DNA of 62,313 nt, the filler included, from Hausera hauseri (taxonomy: Eukaryota): assembly GCA_046269625.1 (NCBI GenBank). It is 12 parts of 12 records of this genome, joined end to end, with 100 filler letters (N's around TTAATTAATTAA, not from the genome) between each part and the next. Parts side by side here need not be neighbours in the genome. Positions count along the whole stretch, not along the records: positions 38,082 to 42,045 come from JBJURY010853744.1; positions 42,146 to 47,339 come from JBJURY010311499.1; positions 47,440 to 52,530 come from JBJURY010338602.1; positions 52,631 to 57,536 come from JBJURY010395923.1; 8 more parts are not named here. One strand, written 5' to 3'. The position numbers and the translations under genes are program-made. Position 1 is the first letter of the stretch; each line of letters opens with the position of its first letter. This document shows, piece after piece, positions 41,649-54,829 of the stretch. The notes under the pieces are model-generated. The model worked only from the letters and a program-made list of their open reading frames with translations, was not told the origin of the DNA and did no database searches.

Positions 41649-41965
41649 GTGTGCGCATGTGTTTGTGTGGTAAAATGAAGTAACTTGGGAAATGAATTCG
41701 CTCAAATATATGTCGTGTGCATGTTTGTGTGCGGGGCGGGGGTTAAATGCGAGTAACTTGAGAAATGAATGATTAAGATATATGATGTGCATGTGCATGT
41801 CTGTGATTGTAAAATGTAAGTAACCTGGGAAAAGGTATAGCTCAGATATGTCTGTGTGTTTGCCTGTGTAGATATATTTAGAATGCAAGAACGTTGAGAA
41901 AATGTGTAACTCAGCTATATGTCTGTGTCGGCATGTGTGTAAAATACAAGTTATATTTAGCAAAT
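41649..41965 (+). repeat. About 5 degenerate tandem copies of a 65-70-bp TG-rich unit downstream of pPolB
   Basis: Recurrent gtgtgcatgt..aaaatg.agtaac.tg.gaaa..ctca.atat.tgtc. Confidence 0.65.
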
Positions 41966-42145
41966 ATGAGTAGATAGAAGTGAGGACTTGACACCAACCC
42001 CCCCCCACGGGAAGGAAGGAAGCCAATGGGAGGAGAACAGGTCATNNNNNNNNNNNNNNNNNNNNNNNNNNNNNNNNNNNNNNNNNNNNTTAATTAATTA
42101 ANNNNNNNNNNNNNNNNNNNNNNNNNNNNNNNNNNNNNNNNNNNN

Positions 42146-43440
42146 AGTAATGAATAAATTAATTTTACACATGTGCCAATCGATAGTTCACACTGTACAC
42201 TATCGATCGGTAGTGTGCTAGACAACGGTGCCGTTAGGCACCGTTGCTATTCACAATTTTGCACATTTCACAAATCGATAGTTCACACTGTACAAATGAT
42301 CGAATCGATCGGGACTAAGTGCTGATCGATAATGCACATTAGTGCACATCGACTGGTGCATTGTGCAGGTGCGCAGTACATGTGCAAGTGTGCAAAAATC
42401 AATAAAATCGGATTTCCGATATTCCCAATATTGATGATTGGCACCCGGCACCGAATGCAATCGATTGGAAATATTATGCACTATATGAATGCCTAATTAG
42501 AATTTAAATCGATCGAGTGGATTTTGAATGATATCAATCCAAAGTGCAATGAAACAGATTTCCCATAGGATTTTTAGGTCCCAAGGAGTCAAAATTCGAC
42601 AAATGTTTAAGCGGGAACAGATAGGAAGTGCCACATTTTAACCCGGGTCTTCCATCTCAGATTTCCGAACTTCGGTGCACAACTCGAAGAAATATCGATT
42701 TTCGCCGAATAGTATCGATTATCTTGACACCCATAAATTTTTTGAGAAATCTGAGAGAGCCAGTCGATTCCCCATGTCTTAATGCATCTATATAGCGTTT
42801 TGTAGATGTGTCGCACATGTGCAAGTATGCTTTAATCAATAATAACGGTTTTCCGATAAAACCTATAAAGTTGAATTTAGCACACAAGCAAGTGGAAATC
42901 GAAAAATGTAAAAGCATACACACTTAGAAACTAACATGTGCTGTATTCGATTATGGCATCAGATATTAGAAAACTCGAACACAAGTCGACCTTTTTGAAG
43001 AATTGATTTTCTAATCGAAGAGATGCAAAAATCGAAAAATCTAAAAGCGTAGAGGGCTAGAAACCCATATATGGAGAATCCGAATATGATGTCAGATATT
43101 CTAAAAGAAGCTTAAATAGAAAAACCCATTTTCCGATCGAATTCAAATATTCGAATAGTACCATCGGATTTCCCGTGTCCGAAAACCTTTGCAGACCAAA
43201 AATTTGGTGTGAAAATTATTTACAAGTGTCTCGAAATGAATAAAACATTGAAAAATTCAATAATATTAAGTCAAGCATGCATTATTCGAAGAATCTAATG
43301 GCTTTAATCGATTGTATGAAAACCTGTTTGGCGCCCAAGTGCATTTAATTTATTTGATGCATTAAAACAAAGTGTTTTACAATGTTCAAAAATTTAAAAA
43401 TCCATAAATGAGGCAGTATGAGTTGATATGGCTATATGTT
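42146..43440 (+). repeat. Non-coding upstream arm of pPolB family A with hairpins and about 133-bp internal repeats
   Basis: Hairpin caacggtgcc-gtta-ggcaccgttg (42223-42246); palindrome 42197-42216; direct repeat aatcgatagttcacactgtaca x2; aaatcgaaaaat.taaaagc..tagaaac x2. Confidence 0.7.
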
Positions 43441-43467
43441 TCATTATTTTCAAAATCACTTCCACGA

Positions 43468-46400
43468 ATGGTGAGATTTTTATTTGTGCTATTTAAGTAA
43501 TTGGTTGACTTTTAGATGCACAATCTATAAAAACAGTGCTTGGCTCAAATCCACGATCCTGGAAATTGCCACAACGTTGTGCAGAAATACTTCAGCCATC
43601 TATACAACAGGGCTGAGTATTGTATATGTCCTACATGTGAGGTAGGGTGCCAGACCAAATATGAAGACTTTTACAATGCTGGTAAACAACACCTGATTCC
43701 CTTCATCAAGTCAAAAGAACAAATATTCAATATCACTATGCAGTTCATACGTATATTAAACATGTGCAATATACAACCCTCAGAACTGTCATAATGCCAT
43801 AAGGAGCTATTATGGATACAAATTCAATAGGATACTCTATTATATATGCCCAGAATGTGAGAGTGTATGCAGGACAGATTACATACAGTTCTATTATGAT
43901 CAAAAACATTATTTGAGTCACTTCGCATCAAAGTCAAAGAAGGCCATCTTTAATGAGCAACGTAATTTTGATGCATCTGCTTCGCAATATGATGCTTCGC
44001 AGTATTCTGCCTCCAATTATGCTGCTGCATCTGGTGCAACAGTTACGAAGCATATTACAGATTGAAAAGTGTAACCGCGTCATGCGCAGCAGCATCAGGC
44101 ACGGCCACATCAGACGCACTGGCTGCATCAAAAAGCCAAAGACAGCGGCCAGTTGATGCGGAAGCATTGAAGAGAAAATGCTGCAGATATGATATTGTGG
44201 CAACTGGTCAAACAACCTTCCAAGATTTCCTCTTATACACAAGGGCCCAGACGGAGAGGATTATTCAGGACAACCTGGCTGAGTGCAAAGCCCTTAAGGT
44301 GAATATGAAACTGGACACATACATCAATGTTGATGACGAAGAATCTAACAGGTTCTTCAAGACCAAAAATAGACCTATATTGGAAAACACAAATATAGAA
44401 AAATGGATGAAAGAGGCGCACAAGAAGGTGATCCGTGAAGCCGGGGAGAGCCAGGATAAGTTTTGCAACCATCAAGAGATTTCTTGTGTATGTTCACAAG
44501 TACTTTCCCATGTGGGGTAGCCTATATATTCAGCTCCCTGATTGCATTGCTAATAACAAAGCATGTGACAATGTCAATAATAATGAAAATATGTGTTTCA
44601 TGTATGCTATTCTATCAAAACTCGTAACGAATCAACATAATGCTTCACGAGTTTGGCTATATAAGGATTTGCAGCACAACTATGACTTTTAATGTATCAA
44701 GTTCCCTCCATCTATAGATGAAGTTAAAAAATTTGGAAAAGTCAACAAAATGGCCATCAATATCTTAGGATTGGACGAGGATGATAAATTCTATCCCCTG
44801 CTGCTACTAGATAATGGTGAAAAGAGGCACTTCTAGTCAGATCACAAATTACAAAACATCATGGACAAATAGAAATATGTGAACGATGCTTGTCCCATTT
44901 CAGCGGCGATGTAGCTGTATTAAAGCTGAAAGAGCACAAGATGTACTGCAACAAAAATTATTGTATCAGGACAGATTTCCCCAAATAGCACTACATTGAA
45001 TTCAAGGAGTTCGAGAAGAAGCTCAAGATTCCAATAGTTATCTGTTACTCCTTTGAGGTTATCCTGCGCCCAGTTCAGAGTTGAAGTCCTAATCCCCAAC
45101 ATAGCAGCAAAACGGCACACCAATATCATGAACTGTCATCATATTGCATGTATGTCAAATGACTAAACAGTGACCATTTCTATGCAGAGATTCAGGCGCA
45201 GCAGCTTATTTCATGAAACGATTTGAAGATATGGCTCATAAAATTGGCGATATGCTGCAGCAGCATAAAAATACAATGAGCATGTCAAAGCAGCAAGAAG
45301 AATGGCGCAAGGCAACAGCATGTTATTTGTGCTCCGAATCATTCAATAAGTAGAATCATAAAATCATGGATCAGTGTAATTTCACGGGCACATATCGGAG
45401 CGCGACATGCAACAACTGCAATCTACGTTGCACAACATGTACATATGTGCCTGTAGTATTCCATAATCTCAGTGGCTATGATTCCTATTTTATTGTTCTG
45501 GAACTGGGCAGCATTGAAGGGACCATTGATGTTATCCCTTATAGTGAAGAAAAATACATCACATTTACCAAGCAGGTTGGGAAAATCGGGCGTCGCTTCA
45601 AAGACAGTTTCCGTTTCATGCCGTCTTCACTTGACTGTTAAATGAAGAACCTCCTTGCGGAAGAATTTAAGGAGACGAAGCGGTTCTTTCTCACTTCATT
45701 TTACCTCGACAAGAGGAAAGGCGTGTTTCCCTATGACCATATAACTTTGTGGGAAACACTGGATGAGACGTCATTTCCGGCCAAGAATGACTTTTACAAT
45801 ATCCTTTCTGATTGCGATATCAATAATGAGGACTACCAGCATACTCAGAATATCTGGCATGAATTCCAATGCTGAACATTAAGAGAATACAGCGAAATGT
45901 ACCTTAAGACGGATATGCTGCTTCTGACGGATGACTTTGAGAGTTTCAGAGATGTTACGATAAAGGGTATGCATTGGATCCCGCTCATTTCTTTACGGCT
46001 CCAAGGATAAGTTGGGCAGCTGTGCTTACATATACAAGTGTCTGGCTATAGTTTATATAGGATTATGACATGATCCTCATGATTGAGATAGGTATTAGAG
46101 GCAAAATGTGGCAGGCTATTCACCAGTTTAGCGCGGACAATAACAAATATATTGCCGAATACGCCTCAACAAAGTAATTCTCATATATGTCATACCTGGA
46201 TGCCAACAACTTGTATGGATGGGCAATGAGCGCCCCATTGTTACACGATAACTTCGAGTGGATCAAGTATCCTGAAAACATCCCTATACTGGACACGGAT
46301 CCCACTGGAAATACTGACTATATACTGGAGGTCGATGTAGAATATCCGGCTTCTATCGACACAACGTATCAACAGCTGATTTTCCTCCCTGAGAGTAAGC

Positions 46401-47339
46401 CTCCGTCTCATGGAAAGCATAGAAAGCTGCTCTGCCATCTGGATAGTAAGGAGGGGTATATACTCCACTACATAAATCTCCAGCAGGCGGTCAGGAACAG
46501 ACTCCACATTACTATGATCCATCGGGCCCTGCAGTTCAACCAGTCCACGTGGTTGCAGCCATACATGGATCTCAATACCAAGCTGCAGACCAATGCCAAG
46601 AAAGACTTTGAGATAGACCAATTCAAACTGTATAACAACAGCGTTTTGGCAAGACCATGGAGAATATCCGCAAGAGGACCAAACATCGAACTAGTCTCTG
46701 AGTGGAAGAGGGCAAAGAAGCTCATTGCCAAGCACAACTTCCACAGCAGCACCATGTATGCTGGGACCTTGGTCAGCATCCATATGCTGAAAACATCCTT
46801 GCAATTCAACAAATCTATATATGTGGGTATGGCAATACTGGACCTGTCAAAGGTCCTGATGAACAAATTCCACTATGACATCATGGTCCCAGTATTAAAG
46901 TCCATACAGCTTATGTATGTGGATACTGATAATTTATTCTATCAGGCCCATACTGAGGACATTTATGAGGACTTTGCGAAGTTGACACAGCATATGGGTA
47001 CGTCTGACTATGCGAAGGAGCATCCCAACTATTCAATTACCAACAAAAAAGTCCTTGGGAAATTCAGAAACGAGGTGAATGGAGCAACAATATAGAGATT
47101 TGTAGCTCATAGGTACAAAATGTATGCCATTGATATGTGTGGCCAAGTAAAGAAGCGGGCTAAAGGGGTTTAAAAAGCGATCTTAACCAAGAAGATTGTC
47201 TTCAATGAGTATGTTAGAGTTCTGCATGAGCAGATTCATATCATATCATAGATGCGAAGGATCCAGTCTAGGACTCATAACATTAACATTACAGACCAAA
47301 AACCTATACTGTATGTATGACAAGAAGCAGATCCTGGGT
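43468..47339 (+). mobile_element. Second family A pPolB gene, pseudogenised; spliced ATG, two N-terminal Cys/His repeats
   Basis: ATG|gtgaga..ttttag (intron 43471-43515); two NCHN..YNR..ICPxCE repeats; then the same domain order as 38082-41450, including YLDANNLYGWAMS and YVDTD. Confidence 0.92.
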
Positions 47340-47439
47340 NNNNNNNNNNNNNNNNNNNNNNNNNNNNNNNNNNNNNNNNNNNNTTAATTAATTAANNNNN
47401 NNNNNNNNNNNNNNNNNNNNNNNNNNNNNNNNNNNNNNN

Positions 47440-50154
47440 ATAACAGGTAAGGGTGTGGATTATTTTGAATATCTGGTAACCTTCGTTCCGCTTGGTCCAA
47501 GTAATTTTTTGTTATGAAGGGTTTTTCTAAGATAGAAGTATTAGACAATGACGTTTGTATAGCCTAATGGTGTCCTACTATTGATTATGCCATCAATAAA
47601 CCCGTAAAGGCGGATTTAGCTTGTTCATTGAAAGTTACTGTACGACGGGGTGAAACATTCTTTTCTTCGCTATTACTTTTCCCATTATCCTAGGAGTTTC
47701 CTTTTTCTCTTGTAGAACTATTATAAGATGGTGTTGTTGAATCTAGCTTTCTTTCTGATGTCATATTTTTATCATATCTTAATGGAGAAGCATTTCTATC
47801 TGATGATGATTCATTTCGTCTGAAACTATAATCCGATGATCGAGTATATCTATCATTATTGTTATTTAATCTGGGAGAAATCGTTCAATTTCGATCTCTT
47901 TGAGGATATGGGCTAGGATTTCCGTTATATCTATCTGATTCTCGTCAAGGTGGAGCATAGTCACGTCTTCTCTCGTAATTCCTGAATCTCGAATCGTTAT
48001 ACCTGTTTCTGTTATCCTTTTCGGGACTATACCTATCTCTGCTGTCACCTCGTCGGTTATTCCTTTCTCTTCTATCATTTCTGTTAAGGTTACTATATTG
48101 TTCTCGACTGTCATCTCTTCTAAACCTCCCACGACTTTCACTTCGTCTATCATTAGAATAGTTTGGTCTTGATCGTTCTGAACGATTATTTGGATACCGC
48201 GTTCGGCTATCGTCTTGTTTATAATATGTTTATTTGATTGTTTCTATTCTCATAGCGGCTGGAATTCCAATCGTTACTGTATCTTTCTCTACTAGGAAAT
48301 CGATTTCTATTGTCATTTCTATCCTTTGAGTAATCTCTATCGTATCTTGATCCATTTCGTTGTCGATAGTCATAGTATCCTCTATTTCTTTGATATTGTG
48401 TATCCCTTTGGTTACTGTTATAGTTTCTAGGTGACTGACTATAACTTCCTCTTTCCGGGGTGTTAATTCGCAGTGGCGAACTGTTAGTTTGTCGATTAGG
48501 ACTTGGGTTTCTCGAGGGATCTCTCCAAATGTGCTACGATTTGGCACATCGGGTCTTACCAGTAATGGTGTCGTGGCTACTGCCTCAATTTGCGTTTGAT
48601 GAGTCCATAAAGGTGTTTCATCTATCTGTGTTGCCATCTTTCGAGTATATTTTATCAGCTCGTTAATATTGTTAGCGGTATGGAATTTAACTCCTTCTCG
48701 TAAAGGTGATAAAAGTCCAAATACTAACAGTTTCATGATCATGGCACCAAAAGCGTTTGCGTTATGGCCAAAATATCTAGTCATTGCTGTTTTAAACCTG
48801 TTAATATAGGTCAAAACTTCTTCACTTGCTTTCTGTTCACAATTTTGGAATTTTAGATATCGGTTTTCTTGTATGTTAACCTGCTGATTTTGTAAGATCC
48901 TTTCTTTATGTTGTATCCAGGTTTCATCTATTCGTGCAGGTAGGCGGGTTACTGCCATTCTCAAATAGTTACTCACATGCAAGGCTAAGAGCGGTATTAT
49001 TTTAGCATTATCCCAATGCATTGCTGTAGCCAACAAATCATATTCATCCAAAAATCTTCTAAGTCTGATACCCGTCCTTCATATGGTTGGAGACGGAGAA
49101 GCGCTTGGTATTTCTCTTCTCTTCGCCTTTCATTGTAATTTGGTAAACCATAGGCGGCGTTATTACTAGGGTCACAGTTGTACTCATTTTAGTGAGCCAA
49201 CAGCCCTCGAATATTCCTTTGCGGATCCATGTTGCTGCTATTAATATGAGAATTTTCACTAGATAGAGAAATAATTTCCACTGAGAATTCTGGTGACTGT
49301 ACTTCTTCTAATCGACGAGTCATCATCTCATCTATCCTTACTTGTTCGAGACGTTCGTTTAATTGGCTTATGCATCGGAATAACGTTTCTATTTGATTTC
49401 TGGCGTGATCATTTTCCACTTGTATTTGTTCTTGCTCGCATACTATAATTGCAACTTGATTTTACATTTCGTTTATTTTTTGTCCTGCTTGTCTTTCATT
49501 AGTATCTATCTGTTCTCTATATCTATGTATTGAAGCTATATGATCAATAGTCTGTTGTCGTATATTACATATTTGTCTGGAATGGATATTGACCTCTTGT
49601 GCAAGTTGGCCAGTCCTCTCTTCTAATTCGCTTAAGCCTATATTATTATCATTCAGCTTTTGCTCTATTTGGGTGGTTCTTTTTTCAACTCTGTCCAATC
49701 TTATATCATTATTCATAACGTCTGTTTCTGTTATATCTCCTCCTCTTTGTCAATGTATATCTTGTATCTTTTCAATTAATTGTCGTATGCTATCGTCCGT
49801 TCGGTTTTGTCTTATTCTTAAATCATTCACGTTTACCTGATATACTTTATAACGCGTTCGACATTCTGATTCCTGGTTAACTATTCTCTGTACCAATTGT
49901 CGTGAATTAGATGCACTACGATATTGCCCCCGAAGTGGCCTTTGTTACCCATTAACTCCTCTTACTCACTGGTGCTGCACTGGGGCGGGAGACAGCTGTA
50001 AAAAATCGATATCAACTAATGATTTTGGAGCTGATGCAGTATTGTTAGCAGAACTAATATTTCCTTCAATTGAATCAGTTTCGCTAATTGCCGTTAATTG
50101 ATTCTGTGTTAATCGTGCTCGGGATCGGGTATTGTATTGATGTCCCTGCGCCAT
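47440..50154 (-). mobile_element. Large Ty3/Gypsy Gag (coiled coil, capsid, R/D/S/N-rich tail), frameshifted
   Basis: RRFLDEYDLLATAMHWD..TWIQHKERIL..CEQKASEEVLTYINRF..LVFGLLSPLRE (capsid MHR-like). N-terminal YNTRSRAR. Confidence 0.75.
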
Positions 50155-51426
50155 TGTTATTAAAAGAAACGAACTTATTATCCATTTTATTATATGTATA
50201 TGGTACAAGTTTCTTCTATGGGTGATTCACACACGGTACACTTCGATAGCATAGAGTCTTTAGGAACACAGCTTTTACAATGAATAATTTGTCAGCATAG
50301 TAGTTAAATTGTGTTTGATTGATTTTTCCACAAATTAAACAGGTCCAAATTATACGGCCAATATCTATACATCTTCCCTGTACTTCCTCCCCTTTTCCCT
50401 TTAATGTCGATGTAAAGATATAATTGAGAACGGAAATTCTGAATTTAAATTAGAAACATTTTTAAAGTTTAATTAAAAATTTAATTTTAAAATGTAATAT
50501 TAAAAATCTGATTTGAATTTGGAAAATTTGTTCCAAAATAAATAATTTGGATTTTAATAAAAATTTTCAACAACTGTTGTTACTTTTCGATGAGCAATTA
50601 CAAACGATCAAATTCTGATTCAGTGGACAGACCAGGGGACGGGGATTTTCCAACCTTACCCAAACTGGGCGATGACGTGGACGGCGTGGATGCGCACGCT
50701 GCCAACAGTACCTATGAAAGGAAAGAAGCTAAACACGTGCAATCTGTAATGATAGGTAAAAATTCCACGACGAATTAATATTTATTGCAAGTTCATTTAT
50801 CGAAGAGTGGAAAAGTAGGAAAACGTCTGTACATTTGGTGTAAATAACCAAATAGTATATTTGGCTCATAAGTGATAACCGAAGTGATTGTAAACAACAT
50901 GGTTGTAGTTGATGTATCAATATCCGAAAAGTTGAAATTGCTCGCGAAAATCCGTTCAGTAGTCATATACAATAGTTTCAAAATGTGTGTACGGTATATC
51001 TTGATTCTATGATTCAGGTCATGTGAACGTTTTGCTGCGTGTTACCTAGTCGATGCCCCTTGGAGTAACTCGAGTATGTTTATAGTATTGTTCACAAATG
51101 ATGCAATTGTAACTATATTCTTACATTCTATGTAGTGTTTTTCAGCCTTTTCGGTAAAGTGGAAACTTGTACAAATGGTTACCTTGCTCGCGAAACCCTT
51201 TGCAATTGTTCTATGTCACGTAATAAACCTCATCGGTGAAAATGTAGCTTTCACGTTTAATCGTACTATTTCTAAAATTTATGTCAGATTTTCATTATTC
51301 ATTATAAGCGTCACCAACAACAATTTATTAAAAGTTGCATAAAATTTGCATAAAAATCCACAAATATCAAGGAACTTAAAATGACGCAGTCATTATAGTT
51401 ACAATTACATAGCATTAGTCAACAAT

Positions 51427-52530
51427 TCAGTGTGAAATTTGTGCTTGATGATTTCTGCAGATAAGTTGAATTCTGGGCCGCGTTTTAGACAGACACACCC
51501 GAAGTTCCTCTTCGACTGACAATAATCGTTCTCGCTTCTTGTATTTAATTGTGGTCAAGCACGAAAATCCGAACTCACACAAGTAAGAAGTTGAAAATTG
51601 CACCAACAGTCGCAGGGCTTTTTGAGCAATTGATGGATACTCCTTTCCAACCAGAATCCAGAATTCATCCAGGTTTAACTCTGGGTGCTTTAGTCTCAAT
51701 GTTCTGTCACTTGCAACATTAGCGAGCTGTTCCTCTTCTGACAAGGTGAACTGTTTAAAGGATGGTTCAAATTTTACGAATGGGCTTTGAACCCAGTCAT
51801 ACCGGTTTATGGATATGGACGGAAAATATTTGTTGAGACCTGCCAAAAGTGTGTCCAAGTGATTCAAGATCAATGGCAGAATGTCCTGATAGTTTCTACC
51901 AACGATACTGGGAAAAATTTCCACATTCCCTGTAGTTGCGCGTTTCTTCCATATTGTTAATTTCTTCTGAAAAGCACTTATTTTGTCTGCTGACGTTAAT
52001 ATGTTTTCGTTCCTACCTTGCATGCTACTGTTCAATAAGTTCAATTCGTGAAAGATGTCAACTAGGTATGCTAACCTGGATCACCATGAGTCATCACTCA
52101 GAGCTTCTACAAAGTCCATCATGTGCCCTTGAGAACAGAAGATTAGCATCTCTTCTCTTAGTTCGTAGAAACGACGCAAAACCTTCCCCCAAGACAACCA
52201 TCGTACGTCTGTATGCTGTATGAGAGTGACATGATCAGCTTCCATAGTTTCACATAATTTCGCAAGCTGACGACATTTCAATGGTCTCGTCTTCATGTAA
52301 TTAACTATTTTCACCACCATATCCAATACTGACTTCAGCTCGGGTCCAATTGTTTTAGCAACCAGTGCTTCTCTATGAAGAAAACAATGAGTGACTATAA
52401 TATTGGGATTTTGTCGTTGCGCCAGCGAGACAAAGCCTTTGACATTTCCTGTCACCGCAGGCGCACCGTCCGTACAAATGCCTACACAATTTTTTCAAGT
52501 CAACTGGCAAGATTGCAAATACGAATTCAA
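51427..52530 (-). mobile_element. hAT transposase, Buster/Charlie (ZBED8/FAM200-like) group; one in-frame stop, cut by the contig end
   Basis: CTDGAPA, THCFLHREAL, HTDVRWLSWG, LAYLVDIF, FSTSYLCEFGFS, QAQISH. Confidence 0.95.
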
Positions 52531-52779
52531 NNNNNNNNNNNNNNNNNNNNNNNNNNNNNNNNNNNNNNNNNNNNTTAATTAATTAANNNNNNNNNNNNNN
52601 NNNNNNNNNNNNNNNNNNNNNNNNNNNNNNCAAAAACTAACAATTCAGAATTAACGCAATTCACGTAGACGCTTCAAAATGTTACAAAAAAAACAAAATG
52701 AATAATCACATCAATGAAATAAAATGTACAAAAGTCATTGCTGTAATGTTCCTAATGTGTGTGCCGAATAGAAAAAGTT

Positions 52780-54600
52780 GTTAAATACCAGAATATGTAG
52801 CCGATATCTTGATGAGGATAAACTGATCGTCCTGTATGAGCAAATTTCGCACCGTTCCCGAAATTTCTGTAATGGATTGGTTTGAATCAGTTCTGGCTGC
52901 AAGAATCTATACAAATAATGAAAATTCTAGTTTTGCATCAAAATTTCTCAAACACCAGAAAAACAAAGCGACTGAGAATAAAAAAATATTTCAGTTCACA
53001 ATGTTCACGTAGAATCAACGATCAAATGCTTCAAAATTGACTCAATATCTTACAAAATGTAAATGAGAACTGAACATTTTAATAAACAAACAACAGACCT
53101 GACTGCAAAATGCTAATAATGCTACGCAGAATAAATTTGAATTGCACGCGCGATCTCAACGTCGAGGAATTCGGTAAGCTGCACTAACTTTGACCTGGAT
53201 GAAGTACCAATAGGGTTTTGATCGAGATATTCGCAAGATTGTGATCTGTAAAATGTCGGATTGGCTTTTCTTTTTTGAAACCGAAACTGTTTTTTTTTTT
53301 ATTAAAACAAACACTAATTACCAACAATTCAAAGAAACATGGAATAATGGACAATCCGGTACTGTTCGTATGATTCAAACCATCTTTTGTACCATCTTTT
53401 AAGGCATGAAATATTTTTAACTAATATTGCTTAGAATCATTCCATTCCAAATGACTAGTGATCCATCTAAATGAAATCAACCATTGTTCTTGGAAAGTTC
53501 GATATTCGAGAGTACCAGAATTCAGTTGTGAAGCGTCTGAACATTTAATCGTTAACAAACAATCGAATTTAATTAGTAAACCGCCCAATAATATCATCTG
53601 GTGAGGAGTAAATAAAATTGCTGTATTGGAATACTTCAGTATTTCATTTGTGCAACAAACAGTCATAGTTTTTGTTTGAACATCAGAAATTCGAATGCAC
53701 GTACCTATGATATTATAAAAGGTGTCATTTGTGAAACTCAATGAAACGAGGGTCGGAATCTGGTGAAACAGAACATTGCAGAACACACTTAGAATTTGAT
53801 CCGCAGTTAATTTAGACTCTACTTTCAATAATTTTCAATGCATATATGTGTGCGATAACTGGTTTTGCGGATTCTGTACATATTTGACCATTTCAAGGTT
53901 AAAAGTACCATCGACCGAATACGATAAAAGTAAATCATGAAATGTGCTCAAAATTTCATCAGTAAATAAACGGTAAACTGACGAGTAATGCAAAATACAT
54001 TCACGAAAAATGGCAGAAATCAATGATGGAACATCAGTTAACTTCAATTTGGATTTTAAAATGAGACCATTCAAAATAAGATGAATGCAACTTTGAGATA
54101 ACTTTCTTTGACATATAAATTTCCTTAGAAAACAAATCTTTGTGAACAATAACATTTTTTTAAAAAAATATTCACGCAAGCTTCCAACATCTCATTGCTG
54201 ATCGATTTTTCGGGGACATCTGTTTGAGAATTTTCATCCTTTGCATACGGATTGAGATGGGAGATAATGCAAGCAACAGTTTTCGATGGAGTTTCTTTCA
54301 TTACAAGACAAACGGATGGGTGCAGACGAGCCACATTTGAAAGACAAGATTTGAGATTTCGAGTACACTGACCAATATCCAATGAAATCTGATGGTTAAG
54401 TGATATCAGAGCGACTTACTCATCTTTGGAAACTTTAACATCATTCTTCAATGTATCATACTGTCCTTGTAATGGGCGAATTTCTTGTTGACTTTTTGAC
54501 AGGCTCGAAGCCGTAGATATTCGTAGATCATTATAAATATTCGTAAGTTGATGGTACGATTCGGCATTTATTCGATTGTCCAATTCTTTCTATAATGTGT
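52780..54600 (-). pseudogene. Unidentified disrupted host gene fragment
   Basis: Consecutive minus-strand ORFs (54382-53421) in shifting frames with exon-like ends. No motif recognised. Confidence 0.3.
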
Positions 54601-54829
54601 GTTTTTGTTAACAGACCTACTAGGCGGGAAACCGGACCCGACTATGGACCCGACGCGGCGGTGGCGGACGCCCGGCCGAGTCCAACCAAATAGGCCAGAG
54701 GGCGCCAGCCTCCGCAGGCACCACAATCATTCTCTGCACCTGACTTGGATGGAATATTTGAAGTATCTGCTACCCGTTTTTATCGTGTGTTATAAACTGG
54801 CTGCACTGAGGTTGTAGCAGGATGAATAC

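Noticed and set aside
41969-42045. Maverick terminus at the end of contig 8 resembling 56064-56140
   Set aside because: The similarity is loose (C-run followed by a purine run) and the contig ends there. Not enough support.
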